Shown: piece after piece, positions 8,835 through 16,862 of the stretch
Layout: every line of letters starts with the position of its first letter
Numbering within the stretch: the stretch's first letter is position 1
DNA from: a virus
Lineage: Duplodnaviria > Caudoviricetes
Virus record (IMG/VR): IMGVR_UViG_3300022719_000188
Span: 1-25,728 of that record
Direction: 5' to 3' (one strand)
DNA length: 25,728 nt
Program-made: the position numbers and the translations under genes
The notes under the pieces: model-generated
The model's input: only the letters and a program-made list of their open reading frames with translations
What the model was told of the DNA's origin: nothing
The model's database searches: none

Positions 8835-9380
8835 TCAGCCGTCCGACTTCCCGCCGTCCGACTTCTCCGCCGCGCCGTCGATAAAGCCTTGATTTTGCTC
8901 GCCTTCATCGCCCGCCAGCGGCAGCCCCGCCAGCCCGCTCGCATCGCCGCTCAGCTCGCCGATCACCAGCACGCCGACGCTCTTCTCGCTCACCTCGATC
9001 GCCTGGGGCTGGCGCTGATGCACATACGGCGCGAGCGCAGCCGCCGCGTCCTTCTGGATCTTCACCGCGTCCAGCTTCTCGCACTGCAGCTCGGCCGCCA
9101 GCTCGTCCACCGGCATGGAGTACAGCTCGGCCAGCACGATCAGCGGCGATCGGTACTGGCTCAGGATGTACGCCGCCCATTCCTCGGTCCGCCGGTTCTT
9201 CGCGCCCTTCGGCCGGCCCGGCCCGCGCCCGCGCCGCGCGTTCGCCGTGGCCAGCGGCGATGATGCCGCGCCATTCTCGAAGCCGTCGAGCAGCGCCGGC
9301 TGATCCGCCTCACTGCCCGGCGGCGCGCCGACATCCATGTTCGCCAGCGCCGCCGCGAAGCCCTGTTTTTCGTCCGCCAT
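8835..9380 (-). CDS. Putative terminase small subunit
   Basis: 181 aa; GRPKGAKNRRT and AAAALAPYVHQRQP motifs; upstream of terL. Confidence 0.7.
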   Translation of the reverse strand: MADEKQGFAAALANMDVGAPPGSEADQPALLDGFENGAASSPLATANARRGRGPGRPKGAKNRRTEEWAAYILSQYRSPLIVLAELYSMPVDELAAELQCEKLDAVKIQKDAAAALAPYVHQRQPQAIEVSEKSVGVLVIGELSGDASGLAGLPLAGDEGEQNQGFIDGAAEKSDGGKSDG

Positions 9381-9399
9381 AAACGCCCCTTATTTTATC

Positions 9400-9696
9400 C
9401 GGTGACCGCGTCGCGCGTCCCGGTGACCGCCCGGAATGCCTTGCGGTCACCGCTCAAGTGCAAGAAATCCTTGGTCTATCTCTCTCTGGTGACCGGGGTG
9501 ACCGTAGTGACCGACACGCGCACGCACGCGCGCTCGCACCCGTTCTTGATCTTCGCGCGCGCGCGCATACGCGAGGCTTGTTGCGGTCACCGCGTGCACC
9601 GCGTGCACCGATTGCGAATTTGCCTGTCATATCAGTGATCTAGCCGGTGACCCCTGCCCATCGTGACCGGTCACCGCAGCGCGCAGGCGGTCACCG
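9400..9696. promoter_or_regulatory. Iteron cluster (GTSACC repeats), putative replication origin
   Basis: About ten GTGACC/GTCACC copies in both orientations, including three at 9-bp spacing (9488, 9497, 9506); no credible ORF. Confidence 0.65.
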
Positions 9697-9778
9697 CCCC
9701 GAGCCCCTCGCCCGTGTGAAATCTCTTGGCATCATAAGGGTCGGGGCGCGCTGGCAACTTTTAGCGGCGTGCGGGTGA

Positions 9779-9828
9779 GGGCGCGGGGCGCGATACGGCG
9801 GGCGCGGGGCGCGATACGGCGGGCGCGG
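9779..9828 (+). repeat. 21-bp tandem repeat GGGCGCGGGGCGCGATACGGC, about 2.4 copies
   Basis: Read directly from the sequence. Confidence 0.9.
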
Positions 9829-9913
9829 CGAGCCATCAGCGAATATTTATGCTATTGCCGCGCCGCGATCATGAATGCTCGCGGCGCGCGGTTTTTAACT
9901 TGATGATTATTTG

Positions 9914-10894
9914 TCAGGCCATCTCGGCCAGGTCCGGCGCGGGCGCGCCCTCATCCAGGTAGAGCAGCGGGATGAAAGTCGCCCGGTAAGTCACCATGCC
10001 GAACCTGGCGCGGTGCGGCCGCACGCCCGCGAGCTTGCGCAGTACCCAGTAGTGCCGCCCGCCGCGCCAGCGCGTGCCCGCGAAGATGCGCGTGACGGCC
10101 GGGCCGGAGTTTGCGACCAGGAAGCCCTCGCCGCCGCGATGCAACTTCACGCCGTGCCGGATCAGCAGGGCGCGGCCGGCCTCGCTTTCGTCCAGCGACC
10201 CATCGATCAACTCGCGAATGGTGGCGCGCTCCCCGTCGATGTCCGTGACGACGAAATCCAGCAGATGGATCAGGCACTTGCGCGCCTCGTCCCGCTCGGT
10301 GGGCGGCGCGGGCGGCACCTCGGGCAGGCCCATCTTGCGCCACATCTCCTGCGCGCGCGTGCGGCCGTGGACCTTGAGCGCCAGCTCGATGCAGCGCAGC
10401 TTCTCCGAAAAGCTGCCGTCGCGCGCCATGTCCAGCGCCACAGGGTCGGGGCTGGCGCCGGAGTTGTGGCCGTAGCCGCCGTGGCGGCGGATGGCGGGGA
10501 GGACTTCGTGCGTGACCCATTTGCGGAAGCGGTGCTCGACGGTGCCCGGCGTCGCGGCCCGGCGCGAGCGCAGCACGAGCATGTAGAGGCCGCTTTCGGA
10601 GATGATGTTGACGTTCGGGTTGCCGCCTCGATCGCCATTTGCATCGTTTACGCCTAGGGAACCAGGGGGGTTCCCTAGATTAAACCTAGGGTACTCTCCG
10701 GTTTCCTCCGCCCATTTGCGCAGGTTGATGACGTCCTTTTCGTCGTCATCGAGCGCCGCCAGCGCGTCCGATGTATTCTGAATGCCGAGCACGCGGCAGA
10801 CATGCGCCGCCACGAACCACGGCTCGCCGCCGCGCACGATCACCTGCACGGCCTGGTCGTCGAAGACAAAGTTCTCAATTGTGTTGTGAAGCAT
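9914..10894 (-). CDS. Bro-N domain protein (antirepressor-like) with a C-terminal domain resembling the helicase C-terminus
   Basis: GEPWFVAAHVCRVLGI, IISESGLYMLVLRSR and FRKWVTHEVLPAIRRHGGY are canonical Bro-N motifs; AGGAG RBS. Confidence 0.9.
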   Translation of the reverse strand: MLHNTIENFVFDDQAVQVIVRGGEPWFVAAHVCRVLGIQNTSDALAALDDDEKDVINLRKWAEETGEYPRFNLGNPPGSLGVNDANGDRGGNPNVNIISESGLYMLVLRSRRAATPGTVEHRFRKWVTHEVLPAIRRHGGYGHNSGASPDPVALDMARDGSFSEKLRCIELALKVHGRTRAQEMWRKMGLPEVPPAPPTERDEARKCLIHLLDFVVTDIDGERATIRELIDGSLDESEAGRALLIRHGVKLHRGGEGFLVANSGPAVTRIFAGTRWRGGRHYWVLRKLAGVRPHRARFGMVTYRATFIPLLYLDEGAPAPDLAEMA

Positions 10895-10956
10895 AGCCCG
10901 CTCCTACTGATGGGTTGCGAGGAGCATGGCGATCCGTTGCTAGCGGCGCGCCAAGC

Positions 10957-11036
10957 CCGGGGCTAGCAAGCACGCAGTAGGCCGTGCCGCACGCGCCTTT
11001 AGGCTTGCGCCCTGGACATGCGCGCGTGCACCCCGG
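10957..11036 (-). ncRNA. c4-type antisense RNA (P1/P7 C4- or P4 CI-like)
   Basis: About 80 nt closed by CCGGGG/CCCCGG, with an internal GGGC GCAA GCCT hairpin; carries CCTACTG and TTGCTAG, complementary to CAGTAGG/CTAGCAA pairs found both upstream and downstream on the same strand. Confidence 0.8.
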
Positions 11037-11142
11037 ACGCTACGGCCTGTCCGGCCGGCGCGTCCGCCTACTGTCTCATGGGCTTGCTAGACCCCGCTTT
11101 ACATTCGCATCGCTGCGAAATATCGTCAACTGACAACGAGGG

Positions 11143-11619
11143 ATGGGGGATGAAGTGACATTTCTTGCACCTTTTGCAGTGCTTGCCGGTGTAATCGCTG
11201 GGAAGGCTCAAGACCCGCTCATGTGGGTGGCGCTAATTTTTGCTGCTATGACTGGTTATAACCGCGCGTCGTGGTGGTGGCCTGCATTGATCGCAGTCAT
11301 ATTCACCATATCAATCGTCGCCATCAACTATAGCTGGTGGCAGGACACCGGCCTGATCCGTCATTGGCCCCGGTTTGTATTTCTAGGCGGCTTCGCCACA
11401 TTTATTATGACTTATGCAGCCTATGGTTTCGGGCGCGGGGCGCGCCGCGTGTTTACCGGCCCCGAAAGGGTGTATGTTCAACATAGACCCCAGCCGCCAG
11501 CCGACGACTGGTCCGCCGAGGACATGGAACGAGCCGGCCAACAGCTAGAACAGCTCGCCGCCGGCATGAAACCGCGCCGCAGCGCGCTCAGCGACGACGT
11601 GCTGAAGGATCGCCAATGA
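11143..11619 (+). CDS. Membrane protein (3-4 TM), moron-like
   Basis: 158 aa with hydrophobic segments; visibly lower GC in the 5' two-thirds; opposite strand to the flanking operons. Confidence 0.75.
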   Translation: MGDEVTFLAPFAVLAGVIAGKAQDPLMWVALIFAAMTGYNRASWWWPALIAVIFTISIVAINYSWWQDTGLIRHWPRFVFLGGFATFIMTYAAYGFGRGARRVFTGPERVYVQHRPQPPADDWSAEDMERAGQQLEQLAAGMKPRRSALSDDVLKDRQ

Positions 11620-11846
11620 CCGACCTCGAAGACCTGGAGCGCCGCGTCGCCGCGCTCGAAGCCGCGCAGAACGACACCACGCAAACCCTGCGCTGGGTGG
11701 TCTCGAAGCTCGGACAGATGGCCGCGGTGCAGCAGGAGCACACGCTGCGCCTCGACCGCATCGAGGCCGATCTCAAGGGCCTGCGCCAGGACCTGCCCGG
11801 CATCGTCGGCGACGCCGTGCGCGCCGCCCTGCGCGAGGAACGCTAG
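11616..11846 (+). CDS. Small coiled-coil hypothetical protein
   Basis: 76 aa; ATGA coupling; heptad pattern LEDLERRVAALE. Confidence 0.75.
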   Translation: MTDLEDLERRVAALEAAQNDTTQTLRWVVSKLGQMAAVQQEHTLRLDRIEADLKGLRQDLPGIVGDAVRAALREER

Positions 11847-11862
11847 CCGGGTTTTTTGCTGT

Positions 11863-11941
11863 CGGGCGGACCTCCGTCCGCCCGTTACGGGCCTAAGGCC
11901 CGGCGCGCAGTCGCGCGCTCAGCCGCGCTGATGCGTGGCTG
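11863..11941 (-). repeat. Four-hairpin dispersed element, copy 3 (lacks the GCACCCC end; terminal loop GGAG)
   Basis: + strand: CGGGCGGAC CTCC GTCCGCCCG TTA CGGGCC TAA GGCCCG GCGCGC AGTC GCGCGC T CAGCCGCGC TGAT GCGTGGCTG; lies between convergent genes. Confidence 0.85.
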
Positions 11942-12013
11942 TAGACAACGGATCGGCAATTTTCGCCCCGGATTTGGCAAAATCAGCGCGGCTGGAGGCG
12001 ATCCTCCGCCGGC

Positions 12014-13849
12014 CTAGTCGTCCTCCGCCATGATCCCGCCTTCGCCGTAGAGCGCATCCAGGCTGATCAGCGTCACCCGCAAATTCACGCCGTTGACCTT
12101 CGCCCGGCCGACCTTGTGCACCTCCGGCGGGCTCTGGCGCAGCGCGCCGGCCCACACGCTCGCGCCGACCTCTCCGGCCCATTTGCTCTCGGCGAACAGC
12201 GCGCGCGTGAGCGCGTTCTGGTTCGGCACCGCCAGGTAAAAGCTCGCCCGGTCCTTGTCCGGCTGCACGATGCCAAGGCCCGCCTGCGCCAGCAGCCGCC
12301 GCGCCTCGCCAATCTCCAGCCCGTCGTCGATCTGCGCGCGATAGTAATAGTCGTGCACCACCTGCCCGACCGTCTTGCGCACGCCGCCCCGCCACGCCTC
12401 CACCTGCACGCTCAGCATGTGGTTGAGGCACAGCCGCCAGTTCTCTTCGGCGTCCTCGAATTCGCTCATGCCCGCGGCAGCCATCAGCTCGCGCCAAGGC
12501 ACAAGATCGCCCTCGCTCGGCGTGCGCAGCCGCGCCTCGTCCCAGCCCTCATGCGCGATCATGTCCGCGCAGGTGAGCAGCGTGCCGAAGGTGTCCTGCC
12601 CGCGCCCGTCCATGCCCCCGGCGGCCAGCTCGTCGCGGAACGCGGCATAGGTCTGGCTAAAGCGCCACCACTCGTCGATCAGCCGGCGCAGGATCGCCCG
12701 GCCGGCCACATGCAGCGCCTGCTCGTCGATCTCCGGCGCGGGCCTCCCCTTGGGCACGCGCGACAGCTTGAGGATCGCCATGCGCGAGAGGTCCTGCGGC
12801 TCCAGCGGCGGCGTGTTGATCGAGGAGAACAGGAAGCTTGAGCGCGCCTGGAATTCCACGCCCTGGTGACGGTCGCCGCCGCGCAGCATCAGCGCGCCGC
12901 TTGCGGCCAGCCGCGCCAGCTTGAGGACCGCCTTTTGCTTGCGCACATCGCTCTCGCTTTCCAGCTCGTCGACGGCGACCGGCAGGCAGTCATGCCCGAC
13001 ATGCTGATAGATGCCGGCCGCGCTTGTGTCGGCGGACTGGATCAGCGCATCGCCGAAGATGCATTTGATCACGTGCTGCAAGGTGCTCTTGCCCGTCGCC
13101 TTGTCGCCGGTCACGAAGGCTGCCGGCCGCCAGGGCAGCGCCGCGCCCAGGAACGCCGCGCCGATCCAGCCCAGCAGCAGCACCGGGTCCACATCAGGGC
13201 GCGCCCATTGCCATGAGCGCAAAAGCGGCAGCATCATCCGCGCGGGGTTGTGCTCATCCGCCACGGGCGAGGGCCAGGGCGCGGAAATCGCCGGGCGCGT
13301 CGGGTAGACATGGCTGCCCACCTCGCACGGCCTGAATGTGTGCATCTTGCCAGCATCGTCCGCGCGGATCATGCGCGTGCCGGCATGGAAGATCAGCGAC
13401 CCGTCCGCCGTGCGCCACATGCCCCGCCCGCGGATATGGTCGGCCTGGTCCCACGGCCCCTTGGCCGAGCAGGCGCGCACCAGCGTGCTCGCGCACCACA
13501 GCGCGTCGAAGCCGTCGACATTGCCCTTCTGGCCCCAGCGCGGCCACGCCCATGTCAGGTAGTCGATATCCCCGTTGAACAGGCCGAGCAGATGCCCCTT
13601 GCCGTAGGGTGGGGCAATGTCCTGGATTTGCCCGCAGGTGTCGATGAAAAAGCAGATATTGCCCTGCACGCCCAGCGGGATCACCGGGCAGTCCGGCGGC
13701 AGGCCGAGATTGTCCGGCTCCCACTGGCCGTGATTGTGATACGCTTTCGGCGGCGGCACCACGCAGGCCGGCTCGGCATCGGCGACCATCGCCTGCACGG
13801 CGGCGGGGCCTGCGGGGCGGGGTCTGGATTTCGCGTCGCTCAACACCAT
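12014..13849 (-). CDS. Phage replication P-loop ATPase/helicase (putative initiator)
   Basis: 611 aa; Walker A GDKATGKS, Walker B VAVDELE, FLFSSIN and DLSR; same operon as the primase. Confidence 0.75.
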   Translation of the reverse strand: MVLSDAKSRPRPAGPAAVQAMVADAEPACVVPPPKAYHNHGQWEPDNLGLPPDCPVIPLGVQGNICFFIDTCGQIQDIAPPYGKGHLLGLFNGDIDYLTWAWPRWGQKGNVDGFDALWCASTLVRACSAKGPWDQADHIRGRGMWRTADGSLIFHAGTRMIRADDAGKMHTFRPCEVGSHVYPTRPAISAPWPSPVADEHNPARMMLPLLRSWQWARPDVDPVLLLGWIGAAFLGAALPWRPAAFVTGDKATGKSTLQHVIKCIFGDALIQSADTSAAGIYQHVGHDCLPVAVDELESESDVRKQKAVLKLARLAASGALMLRGGDRHQGVEFQARSSFLFSSINTPPLEPQDLSRMAILKLSRVPKGRPAPEIDEQALHVAGRAILRRLIDEWWRFSQTYAAFRDELAAGGMDGRGQDTFGTLLTCADMIAHEGWDEARLRTPSEGDLVPWRELMAAAGMSEFEDAEENWRLCLNHMLSVQVEAWRGGVRKTVGQVVHDYYYRAQIDDGLEIGEARRLLAQAGLGIVQPDKDRASFYLAVPNQNALTRALFAESKWAGEVGASVWAGALRQSPPEVHKVGRAKVNGVNLRVTLISLDALYGEGGIMAEDD

Positions 13850-13855
13850 CTCTGC

Positions 13856-14068
13856 CTACCGCCCCACCTTCTTCACGCGCTGGCGGGCGTCCTCGACGAT
13901 CCGCGCATTCAGGCCTTGCGCCAGCCCGATCGCCCATCCAGCCAGCAGGCCAATGGAGGCGGCGATCTCGTTAAAGCCGTAGACCACCTCGATCACGATG
14001 CCGGCCAGCCCCACTGCAAAAATCGCCAGCAGCAGCCAGTGCCGAAACGGCGTGTAGCGAAACACCAT
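13856..14068 (-). CDS. Small two-TM membrane protein
   Basis: 70 aa; GGAGG RBS; two hydrophobic stretches. Confidence 0.65.
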   Translation of the reverse strand: MVFRYTPFRHWLLLAIFAVGLAGIVIEVVYGFNEIAASIGLLAGWAIGLAQGLNARIVEDARQRVKKVGR

Positions 14069-14078
14069 GCCGACCTCC

Positions 14079-14672
14079 CTACCGCCCCGAGCGCTCTTTA
14101 TCGCGCTGCTTCATCGCCTCGCGCGCGTCGTGAACGGTCGCCGCGATCTTCCCGGCCTCGCCGCGCGGCCGGCGCTTTGACGGGTCGCGGGTGAGAAGCA
14201 CGATTTTGGGGTCTTTGCTCTCCGCCGGCACATCCGTGCCGGCGTTACGGCGCTCGCGCCGGCCCGCAGTCGCGGGCTCAGCCGCGCCTGCGGCGCGTCT
14301 GGGGTGCCCCGCGCGATGCTCCTGGCGCTCGGCTTCGTCGACCTGCGCGCTCATTTCCAGGTAGATCGCCCGGAACACGTTATGCGCCGCGCGCACGGCC
14401 GCCGGCAGGTCAACCCAGGCCGGCGGGTCCGGGGCCTGCCAGCCCAGATCGACGGCCACCTGGTAAAGCGCGGAAGCCGGCGCATCCGGCCAATCGTCAA
14501 GCTGCCCGGCATAGGTCGCAAGCACCACGCGCACATGCTGGCCGTGCCGCGTCGTCCAGTGCGCCCAGCCCGGCGCGCCGCCGCAGGCGAGAAACACCGC
14601 GCGCGCCGCCGCTCCGGCCGCCGGGGTGATGTGCTGGCGCCCGAAGGCGCGGCAGACGGGGTCGTCGGTCAT
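14079..14672 (-). CDS. Hypothetical protein containing an in-frame hairpin element
   Basis: 197 aa; GGAGG RBS; ATGA coupling. Confidence 0.65.
   Translation of the reverse strand: MTDDPVCRAFGRQHITPAAGAAARAVFLACGGAPGWAHWTTRHGQHVRVVLATYAGQLDDWPDAPASALYQVAVDLGWQAPDPPAWVDLPAAVRAAHNVFRAIYLEMSAQVDEAERQEHRAGHPRRAAGAAEPATAGRRERRNAGTDVPAESKDPKIVLLTRDPSKRRPRGEAGKIAATVHDAREAMKQRDKERSGR
14223..14307 (-). repeat. Four-hairpin dispersed element, copy 4 (intragenic)
   Basis: + strand: CGCCGGCAC ATCC GTGCCGGCG TTA CGGCGC TC GCGCCG GCCCGC AGTC GCGGGC TCAG...CTGGGGTGC. Confidence 0.9.
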
Positions 14673-14782
14673 TCTTGCCTCCGGTCCACATCCGTGGCCC
14701 GATCACGCGCAACGCGCGGCGGCCGGTCGGCCTTACAGTCGCGCTCTGGCGCGGCTGGGGCGGTTTCCTTGGTCGCGTTCAT
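14669..14782 (-). CDS. 37-aa mini-ORF (MNATKETAPAAPERDCKADRPPRVARDRATDVDRRQE), mostly encoded by element copy 5
   Basis: ATGA overlaps with both the primase stop and the next start; GAGGGG RBS. Confidence 0.5.
   Translation of the reverse strand: MNATKETAPAAPERDCKADRPPRVARDRATDVDRRQE
14682..14763 (-). repeat. Four-hairpin dispersed element, copy 5
   Basis: + strand: CGGTCCAC ATCC GTGGCCCG ATCA CGCGC AAC GCGCG GC GGCC GGTC GGCC TTA CAGTCGCGC TCTG GCGCGGCTG GGG. Confidence 0.9.
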
Positions 14783-15831
14783 GCCAGCCCCCTCAGTTGA
14801 TCGTTGACATCCTTGCCGGTCGTGGCGTGCGCCACCTTGACCGGCCGCCCTTGGGCGGCAAGCGCCCGCAAGCCGCGCTGCAAGAGCCGCTCCGCGCCCT
14901 CCTTGCCCCAGTCGTTGTCCGCCGCCACGATCACCTCGCCGCAGCACTCGGGCAGGCGGATATTCGCCAGGTTCGACAAGCCCCCGGCGCACCACACCCG
15001 CAGCTCGGGACACGCCAGCGCGAGCGACAGCCCGTCCTCGATGCCCTCGCAGATCGCCAGCACGTCCCACAGGCCCTGCGCGGCCGCTTCGCGCGGCGGC
15101 AGGCCGGTCTCGCCGCGCCACAGATGGATCGCCGCGCCGAGATATTGCGGCCACATCTTGCGCACCGGCTGAACCGGGGCCTTGCCGCCACCGTCGGGCG
15201 CAATGAAGGTGCGGTGGATGGCGTAAAACCCGCCGTCCGGCCCGGTCATCGCCGAGACCAGCGCGGGGAAATGCTGCCCGCTTTCCATGTGCTTCTGGGA
15301 CGGGGAAAACCGCACCGCGCGCGGGGTTCGGGGCAGGTCGGCGAGATAAATCCCGCGGCTGGCCAGGTAGCGCGCGCCGAGACTGCCCGCCAAGCCTTCC
15401 GCGTTCAGCCAGGTCGCCTTCGCCCGGCGGCGGTCGCGCCAGAGCTGCGCGGCCTCTTCCTCGCGCTTTTTCTTGAGCGCCGCCTGGTCGGCCTCCGCAC
15501 GCTCGCGCCATTTTTCCGGCGGCATTTCCGCGATGCCGAGGAAGCCGCGCGCGAAATCGAGCGCGTCCTTGAAGTCGCCGCCGCGGATATACTGGATCAG
15601 CCTGAAGATATCGCCCTTGTCGCCGGTCGCCTCGTCGCGCCAGCAGCCCGGCGCGCCGCCGGAAATCTTGATCCAGAACGAGCCGGCGCGGCGGTCCTCG
15701 CGCGTCGGGTTCTTCGCGATCCAGTAATGGCCAGACTTGCGCCCGTCGGGCACGAGCTCGCGCACGAGGCTTTCCGCGCGCGCCTGCAGGCTCGCCTTGA
15801 TCGCCTCGGTTTCCGCATGGCGCCCGCTCAT
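14779..15831 (-). CDS. TOPRIM-domain DNA primase
   Basis: 350 aa; N-terminal PDGRKSGHYW...WRDEATGDKGDIF, YLASRGI, AIHRTFI, ICEGIEDGLS and VAADND. Confidence 0.88.
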   Translation of the reverse strand: MSGRHAETEAIKASLQARAESLVRELVPDGRKSGHYWIAKNPTREDRRAGSFWIKISGGAPGCWRDEATGDKGDIFRLIQYIRGGDFKDALDFARGFLGIAEMPPEKWRERAEADQAALKKKREEEAAQLWRDRRRAKATWLNAEGLAGSLGARYLASRGIYLADLPRTPRAVRFSPSQKHMESGQHFPALVSAMTGPDGGFYAIHRTFIAPDGGGKAPVQPVRKMWPQYLGAAIHLWRGETGLPPREAAAQGLWDVLAICEGIEDGLSLALACPELRVWCAGGLSNLANIRLPECCGEVIVAADNDWGKEGAERLLQRGLRALAAQGRPVKVAHATTGKDVNDQLRGLA

Positions 15832-16292
15832 GCGTATTCCCTGACATTGGACCGGCGCTGGCGCGCGCGGCCGTCAATGTCCCGGCTCACACGCGGATAC
15901 GGATTGAGCCGCTTCATCGCCGTAACAACCACGCCGCGCTCAATGACAAAGCGCAGCCCGCCGTAATGAAACGCGCGCGCGCCAAGCGCGATCGCGACCC
16001 GCGCGCGCTTCTCGATGAGCTGACGCTCGCGCGCAATCTCTACCAGCCCCAGCGCCTGCGCCGCCAACAGCACCTCGGCGTCATGCGCGCCCGGCCCGGC
16101 CAAGGCGCGCGCGTCGCTCAGATCGAGCCGCAGCTCCCGCTCCAGCCAGCGCAGAACCGCGTGATTGGACACGATCGTTTCTTTGCTGGTCCGGGCCGCA
16201 TCCGCGGCCCGGTTACGGCGCTCGCGCCGGCCCGCGGTCGCGGGATCAGCCGCGCCTTGAGGTGCGTCTGGGGTGCCACCAGCTAAAGTCAC
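15828..16292 (-). CDS. Hypothetical protein whose N-terminus is encoded by element copy 6
   Basis: GTGA/ATGA coupling at both ends; core VSNHAVLRWLER...FVIERGVVVT. Confidence 0.65.
   Translation of the reverse strand: MTLAGGTPDAPQGAADPATAGRRERRNRAADAARTSKETIVSNHAVLRWLERELRLDLSDARALAGPGAHDAEVLLAAQALGLVEIARERQLIEKRARVAIALGARAFHYGGLRFVIERGVVVTAMKRLNPYPRVSRDIDGRARQRRSNVREYA
16191..16276 (-). repeat. Four-hairpin dispersed element, copy 6 (intragenic)
   Basis: + strand: CCGGGCCGC ATCC GCGGCCCGG TTA CGGCGC TC GCGCCG G CCCGC GGTC GCGGG ATCAG...CTGGGGTGC. Confidence 0.9.
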
Positions 16293-16762
16293 GATACCGC
16301 TCCCGTGATGATCGCTGGCAAAAGCGCCAGGCTCCCGCCAATCGCGCGCAACGCCGCCTCCGCCAGCCAGGCCGCGCCCCAGACCGCGTCGATGCCCTCA
16401 TGCATCGCACGCAGCCCCACCGCCACGCTGATCGTGCTGAGAAATACAGCACCGCCCGGCCCGGCCAGGAACGCCGCGCCGCCCGCGCCGATCGCCACGA
16501 TCAGCCGGATCTGCGCGCCGTCGATGCGCCTGTCGAATTCCCACGCGTCATTGAGCATCGCGCGCATCTCGGAAAGCGCCTTCGACACCGCCGCCAGGTC
16601 TTCCGCCGGCACCAGATCCTTGCGCACCCGCTGGGTGGCGATATGCGTCTCCAGCCGCGCGATCCCGCGCGTGGCGTCCTGGCTCAGATCGGCCAGGATG
16701 CCCGCCACCCCGGCCAGGATGACCAGCCACACCGCGACGAGGGATTTCTGGCGCTCGCTCAT
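16289..16762 (-). CDS. Membrane hypothetical protein (157 aa, MSERQKSL...)
   Basis: Start moved to ATG 16762 to avoid overlapping the upstream gene; several hydrophobic segments. Confidence 0.6.
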   Translation of the reverse strand: MSERQKSLVAVWLVILAGVAGILADLSQDATRGIARLETHIATQRVRKDLVPAEDLAAVSKALSEMRAMLNDAWEFDRRIDGAQIRLIVAIGAGGAAFLAGPGGAVFLSTISVAVGLRAMHEGIDAVWGAAWLAEAALRAIGGSLALLPAIITGAVS

Positions 16763-16779
16763 TCTTGCTCTCTTTGTTT

Positions 16780-16862
16780 CCGGGGCCACATCCGTGGCCC
16801 GGTTACGCGCTAAGCGCGGCGGCCGGTCGGCCTTGCAGCCGCGCCAGAGCGCGGCTGGGGAG
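16780..16862 (-). repeat. Four-hairpin dispersed element, copy 7
   Basis: + strand: GGGCCAC ATCC GTGGCCC GGTTA CGCGC TAA GCGCG GC GGCC GGTC GGCC TTG CAGCCGCGC CAGA GCGCGGCTG GGGAG; supplies the stop codon of 16810..17097. Confidence 0.9.

Noticed and set aside
8838-8867. GAGAAGTCGGAC shared between the terS 3' end (KSDG repeat) and the palindrome near 25410
   Set aside because: A single 12-bp match in GC-rich DNA with no supporting context; probably chance.
9858-9896. GC hairpin plus T-run as the Bro gene terminator
   Set aside because: The T-run is on the plus strand, the wrong polarity for the minus-strand Bro gene, and no plus-strand transcript is evident.
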